From: Candidatus Eiseniibacteriota bacterium
GTDB lineage: Bacteria > Eisenbacteria > RBG-16-71-46
Direction of reading: 5' to 3'
DNA: 64,000 bases
NCBI GenBank assembly: GCA_044223005.1
Contig: JBGAML010000009.1
Coordinates: 1-64,000, forward strand
Shown: positions 28,546 to 40,043 of the stretch, in pieces
Layout of the letters: each line of letters begins with the position of its first letter
Position numbering within the stretch: the first letter of the stretch is position 1
Made by a program: the position numbers and the translations under genes
The notes under the pieces: model-generated
What the model was told of the DNA's origin: nothing
Databases searched by the model: none
Seen by the model: only the letters and a program-made list of their open reading frames with translations

Positions 28546-31500
28546 ATGCCGCTGGCCGCCGGCAGCCGGCTGGGTCCCTACGAGATCGTCGCGCCGCTCG
28601 GCGCGGGCGGCATGGGCGAGGTGTACCGCGCCCGCGACACGCGGCTGCAGCGCGAGGTCGCGCTGAAGGTGCTGCCGGCCGCATGGAGCGCCAACCCCGA
28701 GCGGCTCGAACGGCTCGAGCGCGAAGCGCGCACGGTGGCCGGGCTCAACCATCCCAACATCGTCACGCTGCACACGCTCGAGGACCACGACGGCGTGCGG
28801 TTCCTCACCATGGAGCTGGTCGAGGGACGCAACCTGGGCGAACTGCTCGGTGCGGGCGCGCTGCCGGCGCCGCAGGTGTTCGAGCTCGGGATCGCGCTCG
28901 CCGACGCGCTGGCGGCGGCGCACGAGAAGGGCGTCGTGCACCGCGACCTGAAGCCCGCGAACGTCATGCTGACGCGCGACGGGCGCGTCAAGGTGCTCGA
29001 CTTCGGGCTCGCGACGCCCGCGCCGCAGGGCGCGGGCGCGGCGCTCTCGCAGATGGAGACGACCGCCGCGCCGCTCTCGAGCGCTGGCCGTGTCGTGGGC
29101 ACGCCCGCCTACATGGCGCCGGAGCAGGTGCGCGGCGAGGTCGTGGACGCGCGCACGGATCTCTTCGCGCTCGGGATCGTGCTCTACGAGCTGGCCACCG
29201 GCGCGCGGCCGTTCGCGGGCGCCACGGTCGCCGACGTCGGTTCGGCGATCCTGCGCGACCAGCCGCGGCCGCTCTCGGACGTGCGCGGCGACCTGCCGCC
29301 CGATCTCGACCGCGTCGTGAGCCGCTGCCTCGAGAAGAATCCGCGCGAGCGCTTCCAGACCGCGCTCGACGTGGCGAGCGAACTGCGGCGCGCGCGCGAC
29401 GGGCGCGCGGGCGGGCGGCTGCACAAGCCGCCGCCGCAGCCGTCGACCGAGCTGGTGGGGCGCGAGGCGCAGCTCGAGGCGGCGATCGAGCGGCTGCGCG
29501 CGGGCGCGCGCGTGCTCAGCATCACGGGCTACGGCGGCACGGGAAAGACGCGCTTCTCGATCGAGCTCTTCCGGCGCCTGGCGGGCGAGTCCCAGGGCGG
29601 CGCCGCGTTCGTGTCGCTGGCCGCGGTGACCGCGGCGGCGGACGTGATGCCCGTCGTGGCGGCCGCGCTGGACCTGGCCGAGGCGCACGGGCGTTCGGCG
29701 TTGGAGGCGCTCGCGCAGGTGATCGGCGAGCGGCCGATGCTGCTCGTGCTCGACAACCTCGAGCAGGTGCTCGACGCGGCGGGCGACATCGCGGCGCTGG
29801 TCGCGCGCTGCCCGAAGTTGCAGATCATCGCCACGAGCCGCGCGCCGCTCAAGATCGGCGCCGAGTCCGAGTTCGCGCTGCCGCCGCTGGAGCTGCCGGA
29901 GGCGGGCGATCGCTCGCCCGAAGCGCTCGCCACGGTGCCCTCGGTCGCGCTGCTGCTGCAGCGCGCGGAGAAGGTGAAGCCCGGCTTTAGGCTCGACGCG
30001 GGCAACGCCGCCGCGATCGCCGGCATCTGCCGCAAACTGGACGGGCTGCCGCTGGCGCTGGAACTGGCCGCGGCACGCGTGCGGATCCTGGACCCGGCGG
30101 CGCTGCTGCAGCGCCTGGATCACGCGCTCGACCTGCTGACCTCGGGCGATCGCGACCTGCCGCTGCGCCAGCGCACGCTGCGCGCGACCATCAGCTGGAG
30201 CTATTCGCTGCTCGAGCCCGCCGAGCAGCAGATCCTGCGCCGGCTGTCGGTGTTCCACGAGGGCTGGACGCTCGAGGCCATGGAGCACGTGTGCTACGAC
30301 GCGGGCGATCGCGGCCGCGCGCTGGACGAGCTGACGTCACTGGTCGAGAAGGGTCTCGTGCGCGTGGTGGGCGAGGGCGAACGCTACTCGCTGCTCGAGA
30401 CCATCCGCGCGTTCGCGGCCGAGCAGCTGCACGCGGGCGGTGAGACCGAGCGCATGCGCACGGCGCACGCGGCATGGTGCGTCGAGCTGGCGCTCGGGAT
30501 CGGGCGCGACCTCTTCGGCCCGCGGCAGCTGGAGGGCATGCGCCGCGGGCACACCGACGGCGCCAACATCCACGCCGCGCTCACGTGGCTGCGCGCGCAG
30601 GCCGAAGCCGGCGATGAGGCCGCGCTCGAGCAGGGCCTGCGGATCTGCGGCGGCATGGACTGGTACTGGCACATGGCCGCGCTGCACCTGACCGCGCGCG
30701 AATGGATGGACCCGCTGCTCGCGCTGGCCGCCGACCGGCCGCCCAGCCGCGGCCGCGCGTTCACACGCCTCGCCGCCGGCATGGTCAGCACCACGACCAG
30801 CGAATACGAACGCTCGCGCGCGGAGTGGGCAGGTGGCGCCGCGGACGGCGAGGCGCTCGGCGAGCCGCTGGCGGTCACCGAAGGGCTGATGGGCGTGGGC
30901 TACTGCGACATGCTGCTCGGGCGGCCCGCCGAGGCCGAAGCCGCGCTCGGCCGCTCGATCGCGCTCAGCGTGAACGGCGTGAATCCGTTCATCGAGGGCA
31001 TCGCCCGCGCCATGATGGGCATGGTGCTGTTCTCGACCGGCCGTCTCGACGACGGCATCGCCATGATCGAGCAGTCGATCGAGGTGGGCCGCCGCCTGGA
31101 CGAGCACGAAATACGTGGCGTGGCGATGAGCTTCCTCGCGCAGATGACATTCGCCAAGGGCGAGCACGCGCGCTCGGTGGAGATCTACCGGCAGGCGCTC
31201 GTGCACCTGGAGACCGTGGGCGACCTGCCCGAGGTGGCGCGCGTGCACGGCGAACTGGGATGGACCGCGCTCGCCGTGGGCGACGCGCCCCGCGCGCGAC
31301 GCGCGTTCAAGAACGCCGTGCGCACCAACGAGGCGCTCGGCAGCCCGCGCGGCACCGGGCTTTCGCTGCTGGGCCTGGCCGCCGTGGACGCCGCCGAGGG
31401 CCGCAACGACCGCGCCGTGGCGATCGCCGCCGCCGCCGAAGCGCTCTCGCAGCGTGCCGGCGTGGTGATCGCGCACCCCATGGCCCCCGACCTCGCCGAC

Positions 31501-31608
31501 CGCATCGCCACGCTCAAGGCGTCGATCCCCCGCGGCGACCTGGACGCCCTCGTCGCGAGGGCGAGCGCGATGACGCCGGAGGCGGTGCTGGGGATGCTGG
31601 GGGATTAG
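28546..31608 (+). CDS. Ser/Thr kinase - NB-ARC/STAND-like ATPase - TPR-like helical protein
   Basis: HRDLKPAN, DFG; LVGRE, Walker A GYGGTGKT, LLVLDNLEQ, ATSR, LDGLPLALELAA. Confidence 0.92.
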   Translation: MPLAAGSRLGPYEIVAPLGAGGMGEVYRARDTRLQREVALKVLPAAWSANPERLERLEREARTVAGLNHPNIVTLHTLEDHDGVRFLTMELVEGRNLGELLGAGALPAPQVFELGIALADALAAAHEKGVVHRDLKPANVMLTRDGRVKVLDFGLATPAPQGAGAALSQMETTAAPLSSAGRVVGTPAYMAPEQVRGEVVDARTDLFALGIVLYELATGARPFAGATVADVGSAILRDQPRPLSDVRGDLPPDLDRVVSRCLEKNPRERFQTALDVASELRRARDGRAGGRLHKPPPQPSTELVGREAQLEAAIERLRAGARVLSITGYGGTGKTRFSIELFRRLAGESQGGAAFVSLAAVTAAADVMPVVAAALDLAEAHGRSALEALAQVIGERPMLLVLDNLEQVLDAAGDIAALVARCPKLQIIATSRAPLKIGAESEFALPPLELPEAGDRSPEALATVPSVALLLQRAEKVKPGFRLDAGNAAAIAGICRKLDGLPLALELAAARVRILDPAALLQRLDHALDLLTSGDRDLPLRQRTLRATISWSYSLLEPAEQQILRRLSVFHEGWTLEAMEHVCYDAGDRGRALDELTSLVEKGLVRVVGEGERYSLLETIRAFAAEQLHAGGETERMRTAHAAWCVELALGIGRDLFGPRQLEGMRRGHTDGANIHAALTWLRAQAEAGDEAALEQGLRICGGMDWYWHMAALHLTAREWMDPLLALAADRPPSRGRAFTRLAAGMVSTTTSEYERSRAEWAGGAADGEALGEPLAVTEGLMGVGYCDMLLGRPAEAEAALGRSIALSVNGVNPFIEGIARAMMGMVLFSTGRLDDGIAMIEQSIEVGRRLDEHEIRGVAMSFLAQMTFAKGEHARSVEIYRQALVHLETVGDLPEVARVHGELGWTALAVGDAPRARRAFKNAVRTNEALGSPRGTGLSLLGLAAVDAAEGRNDRAVAIAAAAEALSQRAGVVIAHPMAPDLADRIATLKASIPRGDLDALVARASAMTPEAVLGMLGD

Positions 31609-31727
31609 CGCTACCGAACCGCGTCGGCCGCGGCGACCGAAACCGGCGTGCGGCGGCCGGTCGGCCAGTGCGCTTTTGCCCCGGTGCTGCGTTGGGAGGG
31701 GTGTACGCCCACCCCACGGAGGCCGAG

Positions 31728-33374
31728 ATGCGCGCGCGATGGTCGATCCTGCTGACTCTGCTGTTCCTGCCCCCGGTGAGCGCCCACGCGCAGTGGTCGA
31801 CGAGCCTGCCCGTGGACAACTTCGCCTGCCACGCCATTCGGGCGCAGACGGACCTCGTCGCGGTGGGCGACGGATCGGGTGGGGTGCTGAGCGCGTGGAT
31901 CGACCTGCGCACCGGCTCGCGCTACGACATCTACGTTCAGCGGACGGACGCCGACGGATTCAACCTCTGGTCCCCGGACGGCATGCCGGTGGACACGAGC
32001 ACCACCGGCACCATGATGGCGCTCGTGGGTTGCCCCGACGATTCGGGTGGCGTGATCCTCGTCTGGCAGCACGCGGGCGGTCCCGCGGCCAACCGCCTGC
32101 TCGCGCAGCGCATCGATCGCAACGGCCAGCTGCGCTGGGGCGCCAACTTCCGGGTGTCCACGCCCAACGTGACGCAGACGCTGCCGCAGGTCGTTCCCGA
32201 CGGCGCCGGCGGCGCGATCGTGCTGTGGGCGGACTGGTGGCAGGGGGCCACGGTCGCGAACGTGTACGGGCAGCGCATCGATCGCGACGGCGCTCGGCTC
32301 TGGGGGACGAAGGGCGATTCGCTCATCGAGCGCGGCGAGATCCGGCGGATCTCGGCCGTGCCGCGCGCCGGTGGTGGCGTGTACTTCGCGTACTGGCGCT
32401 CGAACGGCGTCATCAGCGCCGCGGGCATCGACGTGAACGGCGCTTCGCTCTGGGGCGCGGATTCGCTCACGACCGTCCCGATGGCGACGGCGCCGCCGCA
32501 GTTCGCCGGCGCACCGACGAGCGATGGCGTGGTCTTCTGGGTCGGCGACGGCACCAAGCTCCTCGCGCGCAAGTTCACGGATGCGGGTGCCGCGTGGCCC
32601 TCGTCGAAGTGGGTCGCGACGCACAGCGCGCACAAGAACGTGCCGCAGATCACGACCGATGGCGCGGGCGGAGCGATCGTCTCGTGGCGCGACGGCCGGA
32701 CCGTGGGCCAGACGCAGATCTACGCCCAGCGGATGCGAAGCGACGGAACGCCGGCGTGGCTCGCCGACGGCGTGCAGGTGGGCAGCCCGATCAGCAACTC
32801 CGGAGCGCACGCGCAGGCCGCCGATGGCATCGGCGGCGCCTGGTTCGCGACCAATGCGACGCCTGGCGCCTGGGTGCAGCACCTGGGCCCGAGCGGCTTC
32901 GACCTGCTTCCCTCCAGCGGCGTGAACATCTCCTCCAGCGCGAGCCAGTTCGGCTACAACAACGGCTTCATCCTGCCCAACAAGGACGGCGCCCTCATCC
33001 TCGCCTCCGCCGGCTCGAACGTGACGTCGACGAGCAACGACATCCGGCTCAAGCGCTTCTTCGGCACGGGTTCGCTCTCGTCGGTCGGCGTCGAGACGTG
33101 GCCCGGGAGGCCCTCCGGACTCGCGATGGTCGCGGGACCGAATCCCGCGCGCACGAGCACGACGCTTCGCTTCACGCTCCCGCACGCGGGTCGCGCGACG
33201 CTGGAGGTGTTCGGACTTCGCGGCGAGCGCGTCGCGGTGCTGGCCGACGGCGTGCTCCCCGCGGGCGCGCACGCTCGGGCCTGCGATCTCGCGACGCTGC
33301 CCGCGGGCGTGTACCACGCCCGGCTCACGACGGACGCGGGCACCGTGGGAACGAGGATCGTGAACCTGAAGTGA
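31728..33374 (+). CDS. Secreted repeat protein (paralog family of 12159..13883) with T9SS-A-like tail
   Basis: GGAGG RBS, signal peptide; DGAGGAIVxW...IYAQR repeats; GPNPAR...LPAGVYHARL. Confidence 0.82.
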   Translation: MRARWSILLTLLFLPPVSAHAQWSTSLPVDNFACHAIRAQTDLVAVGDGSGGVLSAWIDLRTGSRYDIYVQRTDADGFNLWSPDGMPVDTSTTGTMMALVGCPDDSGGVILVWQHAGGPAANRLLAQRIDRNGQLRWGANFRVSTPNVTQTLPQVVPDGAGGAIVLWADWWQGATVANVYGQRIDRDGARLWGTKGDSLIERGEIRRISAVPRAGGGVYFAYWRSNGVISAAGIDVNGASLWGADSLTTVPMATAPPQFAGAPTSDGVVFWVGDGTKLLARKFTDAGAAWPSSKWVATHSAHKNVPQITTDGAGGAIVSWRDGRTVGQTQIYAQRMRSDGTPAWLADGVQVGSPISNSGAHAQAADGIGGAWFATNATPGAWVQHLGPSGFDLLPSSGVNISSSASQFGYNNGFILPNKDGALILASAGSNVTSTSNDIRLKRFFGTGSLSSVGVETWPGRPSGLAMVAGPNPARTSTTLRFTLPHAGRATLEVFGLRGERVAVLADGVLPAGAHARACDLATLPAGVYHARLTTDAGTVGTRIVNLK

Positions 33375-33547
33375 CGGGGCGCGGGCGCCGGATGCATGCC
33401 CGCGCGCGACGCGCGTGCACGGGCGTCGTGTGCACCGACGAAGCGCGGTGCAGCCCGAGCGGCACCGGGCTGTCGCGGGCGGGGCCCGGCCGACGCGATC
33501 GCTGCCGAAGATCGCAGTGATCGGTTGGTCAGGCCACGACATCGCAC

Positions 33548-34111
33548 TCAGCGCACGCGGACGAACCTCCGTGTGCCGGCCACGCGTCCGTCCACGCGCA
33601 ACTGCGCGAAGTAGACGCCGGGCCCCAGAGGCGCATCGCCCGCGGGCGTGATCACGAGGCGGTGACGGCCCACCGGCAGGGAACGCGACGTGGGCGCCGA
33701 GACCGAGCGGCCCTGCAGGTCCAGCACCCGCAGCTCCACCCGACCCGCGCGCGGCAGGCCGACGTCGAACGCGATGCTGCCCTGCGAGGGATTCGGCGCC
33801 GGCGCGCCGAACTCGAGCGCCGCCGGCACCTCGCGCGGCAGCCCCGGGTCCACGGCCAGCACGGGCTGCGCGGCGACCGTCCAGTAGCCGTGCCCCGCGG
33901 CGAGCGCGGAGGCGCTGCTCGTGCCCACCGCGAGCTGGCCGAGCGTGCCGACGAGCTGGACACCCGCGGTGGTGGCGCTCGTGGCCCCGGCGCTCACGAC
34001 CGAGCGCGGAATCTGCTCGCCCGCGGCGCGGCTCGAAACGGGCGAGGCCAGTCCCACGAACGTGAGCGCGGCCAGGGAGAGGATCGCGATCGGCGTTGCG
34101 CGCGCGGTCAT
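33548..34111 (-). CDS. Small secreted protein with T9SS/FlgD-like tail
   Basis: SVVSAGA...GTLGQ...GYW then PAPNPSQG...GVYFAQL; ATGA overlap with upstream gene. Confidence 0.8.
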   Translation of the reverse strand: MTARATPIAILSLAALTFVGLASPVSSRAAGEQIPRSVVSAGATSATTAGVQLVGTLGQLAVGTSSASALAAGHGYWTVAAQPVLAVDPGLPREVPAALEFGAPAPNPSQGSIAFDVGLPRAGRVELRVLDLQGRSVSAPTSRSLPVGRHRLVITPAGDAPLGPGVYFAQLRVDGRVAGTRRFVRVR

Positions 34112-35106
34112 CGCGGTGAGTTCGCGATCGCCGGCGGCGTGACGCGCGGGCCGGTCGCGGCCTGTTCGATGCGCGGGGTCAGTTCGGCGGCGGCGTCGAT
34201 TCCCGAGGGAACGCCGGCCACCGCGCCGACGGTGGTGGAGTAGAACGTCGCGACCATGTTCAGGTTCGTGATGGTCGTGACGGTCGGACTGAACGCGCCG
34301 TAGCGCGCGGTGCAGAACGAGTAGCGGTGCGTACCGGCCGTCACGGGGAACGTGCGCACTGCGGCGAACGACCAGTCCCAGTAGCCGTTGTTGGGCGCGA
34401 ACTGGAAACCGATCCACTGGAAGTGCCCGGCGTCCGCATCCACGGTGAGTCCGGTGACTCCGGTGGTTTCGGAGAGCTGCAGCAGGCCGTACTGCGACGA
34501 ACCCGGGGTGACGAGCACCATGGTCAGGTAGCCGGTCGCATTCACGACCACGTAGCCGTCCGTCGGCGCGTTCACCACGACGCTCACGTCCCTCGCCACC
34601 TGGATCGGGTTCCCGAAGTTCGCGTTGCCGACCACGGTGTACGTGCCGGGGTAGTGCGCGGTGGCGATCGCCGGAGTGGGCGTGCGCGTGGCCATCGCGT
34701 AGGGCACCGACGAAAGCGCCGTGCGCGGGGTGAGTTCCTCCGATGCGCCGACCGTGATCCCCAGGTAGTACGGCTGGTCGAACGCGAGTGCGATCGGGGT
34801 CGAGGATCCGAGCAGGACCGAGAAGAGCCCCGACGCGACCGTGACCGCGGGCTGCGTCTCGGTCCAGAGCGGCGCGCCGCCGGTAGCCGCGTCGTAGAGG
34901 CTGAACGTGACCGCGTAGTCCCCGTCGGGCACGTGCGCGCCCGCGCCGTCGGTGAGCACGCCCTGGTAGCTCAGGGTGCCGGGTACGGAGGCTCGGGCGG
35001 TCGTGGTGAGGAGGGACGCCGAAGCGCACAGGAGCGCGGCGAACAGCAGCCGCGCGGGGCCGGGCAACCGGAAGGAGTGCCGGGCGAACGGCGCGAAGGA
35101 CAGCAT
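34108..35106 (-). CDS. Secreted protein with 'YQGxLxD' fibre-like N-terminal module
   Basis: VPGTLSYQGVLTD...TFSLYD...LWTE...GLFSVLLG...PRTALSSVPYA; GAGG RBS. Confidence 0.8.
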   Translation of the reverse strand: MLSFAPFARHSFRLPGPARLLFAALLCASASLLTTTARASVPGTLSYQGVLTDGAGAHVPDGDYAVTFSLYDAATGGAPLWTETQPAVTVASGLFSVLLGSSTPIALAFDQPYYLGITVGASEELTPRTALSSVPYAMATRTPTPAIATAHYPGTYTVVGNANFGNPIQVARDVSVVVNAPTDGYVVVNATGYLTMVLVTPGSSQYGLLQLSETTGVTGLTVDADAGHFQWIGFQFAPNNGYWDWSFAAVRTFPVTAGTHRYSFCTARYGAFSPTVTTITNLNMVATFYSTTVGAVAGVPSGIDAAAELTPRIEQAATGPRVTPPAIANSPR

Positions 35107-35550
35107 GGAGCACCTCGGGTGTTGGAGGGAGCAGCCGCCGGTGGTACCCGAGAGCAGACGGGGTCCGGGCAACCACGATCGGAGCAGCACCGACCGAAGC
35201 GCAGGAAACAAGCGTACAGGGCGCTTCGGGCCGCCCCTAGGGGTTTGTGCCGGGAGGGCGGCAGGCGGACGCGTCGTGCGACAGGGGCGGGCGGGCGAGA
35301 CGGAAAGGCATTGGCGCGAGAGCATGTGCACCGCCTGCGTCGATCAGGTGTGGCGATTCACGGCGCGCGGCGCTCGCGCTTGCGCGTGTGGTCCGCGAGT
35401 GGAAACTCGTGGACCGAGACAAGCCGTAAGGAGTTCACTGAGTCTGCAATACCATCGCGCGGGCCAGTCAGCCCCGTCCATGCACATGGGCCGCACGTGA
35501 GACACCGGGGGCCCTTACGCGCGCGCTCTCTTCCAGCATGGGAGGAATGA

Positions 35551-36225
35551 ATGGCACACGATTCGCAGTTCACGAACGAGCCGTTCGGGCGATTTCAATT
35601 CACGGAAGCCTGCGCGATGGCCCGATTCGTCGTAGACGTGATCATTCGGCTCATTTCGGTACTCATTCCCCTCGCGCTTGGCCTCACCACCGCCGGGCTG
35701 CTCTCGCACCGACCGGAGCCGCACCTCGCCAGCGCAGGAGTCGCGGTCCTGCTCGGGTTGATCATCTGGCGGACGTATCGCCTGGTGAACGGATTTCTGT
35801 TCAGCGTGCTCGCGGCCGAAACCCGATATTCCCCCGACCCGGAGTTCGGGCCCTTTCACCTCTTCGTGCGGACGACGCTTTCGCGTTCGTTCCGAGAAGC
35901 GCTCGATCAGACGATCTCGACCCTGGACCCCGAGCTTCGCCGCAAGCGATTCGACGCCCTCGGGCCTGCACATCTCGGTACGCCACCGTGGCTCATCTAC
36001 GGCGGGCTCGCGTTCTACGCTGGCGTCAGCATTTGGCTGGCATTCCTGGGCCCGGACGGCTTCCTCTCGGGGCGGAATCCAACGCCCCCGACGACGCCCG
36101 CCCCCACGTCCGCTTGTGCACCGCGAGTCCCAGGGCCGGCCGATACGTCAGTGGGGACGAGCGGGGTGCCTCGAGAAACGGATCGTTCGGCGAAAACTCG
36201 CACGACCCGCACGTCTGCGCGGTGA
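35551..36225 (+). CDS. Hypothetical membrane protein (about 3 TM)
   Basis: GGAGGA RBS; hydrophobic helices; atypical codon usage; alternative ATG 35617. Confidence 0.55.
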   Translation: MAHDSQFTNEPFGRFQFTEACAMARFVVDVIIRLISVLIPLALGLTTAGLLSHRPEPHLASAGVAVLLGLIIWRTYRLVNGFLFSVLAAETRYSPDPEFGPFHLFVRTTLSRSFREALDQTISTLDPELRRKRFDALGPAHLGTPPWLIYGGLAFYAGVSIWLAFLGPDGFLSGRNPTPPTTPAPTSACAPRVPGPADTSVGTSGVPRETDRSAKTRTTRTSAR

Positions 36226-36345
36226 GGTTCAGCCAACGTGGGCGTGCGGGTTGCGATGAGGCCCTCGGATCGCTTCTCACGAACTAGGCGTAGGGAGCAG
36301 GACCTCCCGACTTCTGCTCACGGCCTGCTTGACGCCCACGCACGA

Positions 36346-36374
36346 AGGCCCCCGCGGTCTCGCCGCGGGGGCCT
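36346..36374 (-). terminator. Intrinsic terminator-like hairpin downstream of hppA
   Basis: 12-bp stem AGGCCCCCGCGG/CCGCGGGGGCCT, 5-nt loop. Confidence 0.65.
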
Positions 36375-36401
36375 CTGCGTTTCTGCCTGTCGAGCGGAAA
36401 G

Positions 36402-38798
<2,397 letters not shown>

Positions 38799-38993
38799 CG
38801 GGTGCTCCTCGAATGGGTATGCGACCGGCGGGAATGCCGGAGGGACCCGACGACACGGGCGACCGCGAGGATGCAGACGGGGAAGCGGCCCGGACGGCGG
38901 GAAGATGGCGTGAACTCCGAAGGCACCACAGCCTCCGGAGGGCGCGCAAGGATAGCCGAAGTGTCAGGAATGAAACAAGCCCGGAGAGCATGA

Positions 38994-39029
38994 AAACGGC
39001 CCCGCGAGGAACGCCTCGCGGGGCCGTTT
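38994..39029 (-). terminator. Intrinsic terminator
   Basis: 16-bp stem AAACGGCCCCGCGAGG/CCTCGCGGGGCCGTTT ending in a T-run, about 20 nt after the stop at 39049. Confidence 0.8.
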
Positions 39030-39048
39030 CCGGGGCCGTTCGCGGCGG

Positions 39049-39837
39049 CTAGTCGAGCACCACGAAACGCGCGATCCGCGCCTCGGCGCCGCTCTGGGCG
39101 CGGGCGAAGTAGACGCCGCTCGGCGCGCGGCCGCCGGCCTCGGTGCGCAGGTCCCACGCGAGCTCGCGCGTGCCGGGCTTGGCGCCCGCCTCCAGCGTAC
39201 GCACCCGGCGGCCGTCGAGCGCATAGATCGCCACGCGCGCCGGCGCCCCGCCGGCGGGCAGCGCGAGCCGGAAGCGCGCCTCGTGCCGCGCCGGGCTCTC
39301 GCCCGCGAGCGCGAACGCCAGCGCGTTCGCCGCGGCGGGCGAGACGTCGGCGGGCGGCTGCGTCACGGTGATCGAGCCGTTGGTCACCGCCACGGTCGGC
39401 GTGCCGTCGTTGAAGATGAGGTGGTGGAAGGTGAGCGGCATGACCGTGCCCCACGCGGCCTTGGGCGCGATCACGACTTTCACCGTATTGAGCAGCGTCG
39501 AGCTGGACGAGATCGCGTCGGGGCCCGTGGTGGCCGCGGCGAGGAACGAGCTCGTGCCGCTGACGAACGGGGGCCCCCAGAACTGCAGGAACCCGTCCGC
39601 CTGCGAGCTCGAGTAGGCGACGACGGCCGGGTTGAACGCCAGCCGCATGTCGATCGAGAGGATCCCGAGCCCCGCGGGCGCGGGGGAGACGGTGATCGGG
39701 ATCGTCACCTGCGTGCCGGGCGGGCCGCTCACGTTGGGCAGCGTGACGTTGAGGTCGGCGGCGGCGCACACGAGCGGTGCGGCGAGGCCGAACGCGAGCC
39801 AGGCGGCGGCACGGCGGAGCGGGAACGGACGAAGCAT
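39049..39837 (-). CDS. Secreted single-cohesin protein with FlgD-Ig tail
   Basis: GPPGTQVTIPITV...GILSIDMRLAFNP...LTFHHLIFNDG...NGSITV; WDLRTEAGGRAPSGVYFAR. Confidence 0.78.
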   Translation of the reverse strand: MLRPFPLRRAAAWLAFGLAAPLVCAAADLNVTLPNVSGPPGTQVTIPITVSPAPAGLGILSIDMRLAFNPAVVAYSSSQADGFLQFWGPPFVSGTSSFLAAATTGPDAISSSSTLLNTVKVVIAPKAAWGTVMPLTFHHLIFNDGTPTVAVTNGSITVTQPPADVSPAAANALAFALAGESPARHEARFRLALPAGGAPARVAIYALDGRRVRTLEAGAKPGTRELAWDLRTEAGGRAPSGVYFARAQSGAEARIARFVVLD

Positions 39838-40043
39838 GGAACCCCCGGGGGCGGTTGGACGATGGACCCTGAAAGAGTAACGCATGGAGGGGGGCTTCCG
39901 GCACACGCGACTCCGCCGATTTCGGCCCCCGGCCGGGCGCGAGTTCGGTGCGGCGCGACGGGGCCCGCGGCCGGCGCGGGCCCAAGAACGCCGCGGGGGG
40001 CCGCCGTCGCCGGCAGCCCCCGCGGTGCGTCCCGATGCGGCGA

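Noticed and set aside
35552..35567. Sigma54-like TGGCAC-N5-TCGCA
   Set aside because: Overlaps a start codon with a good RBS; no supporting context
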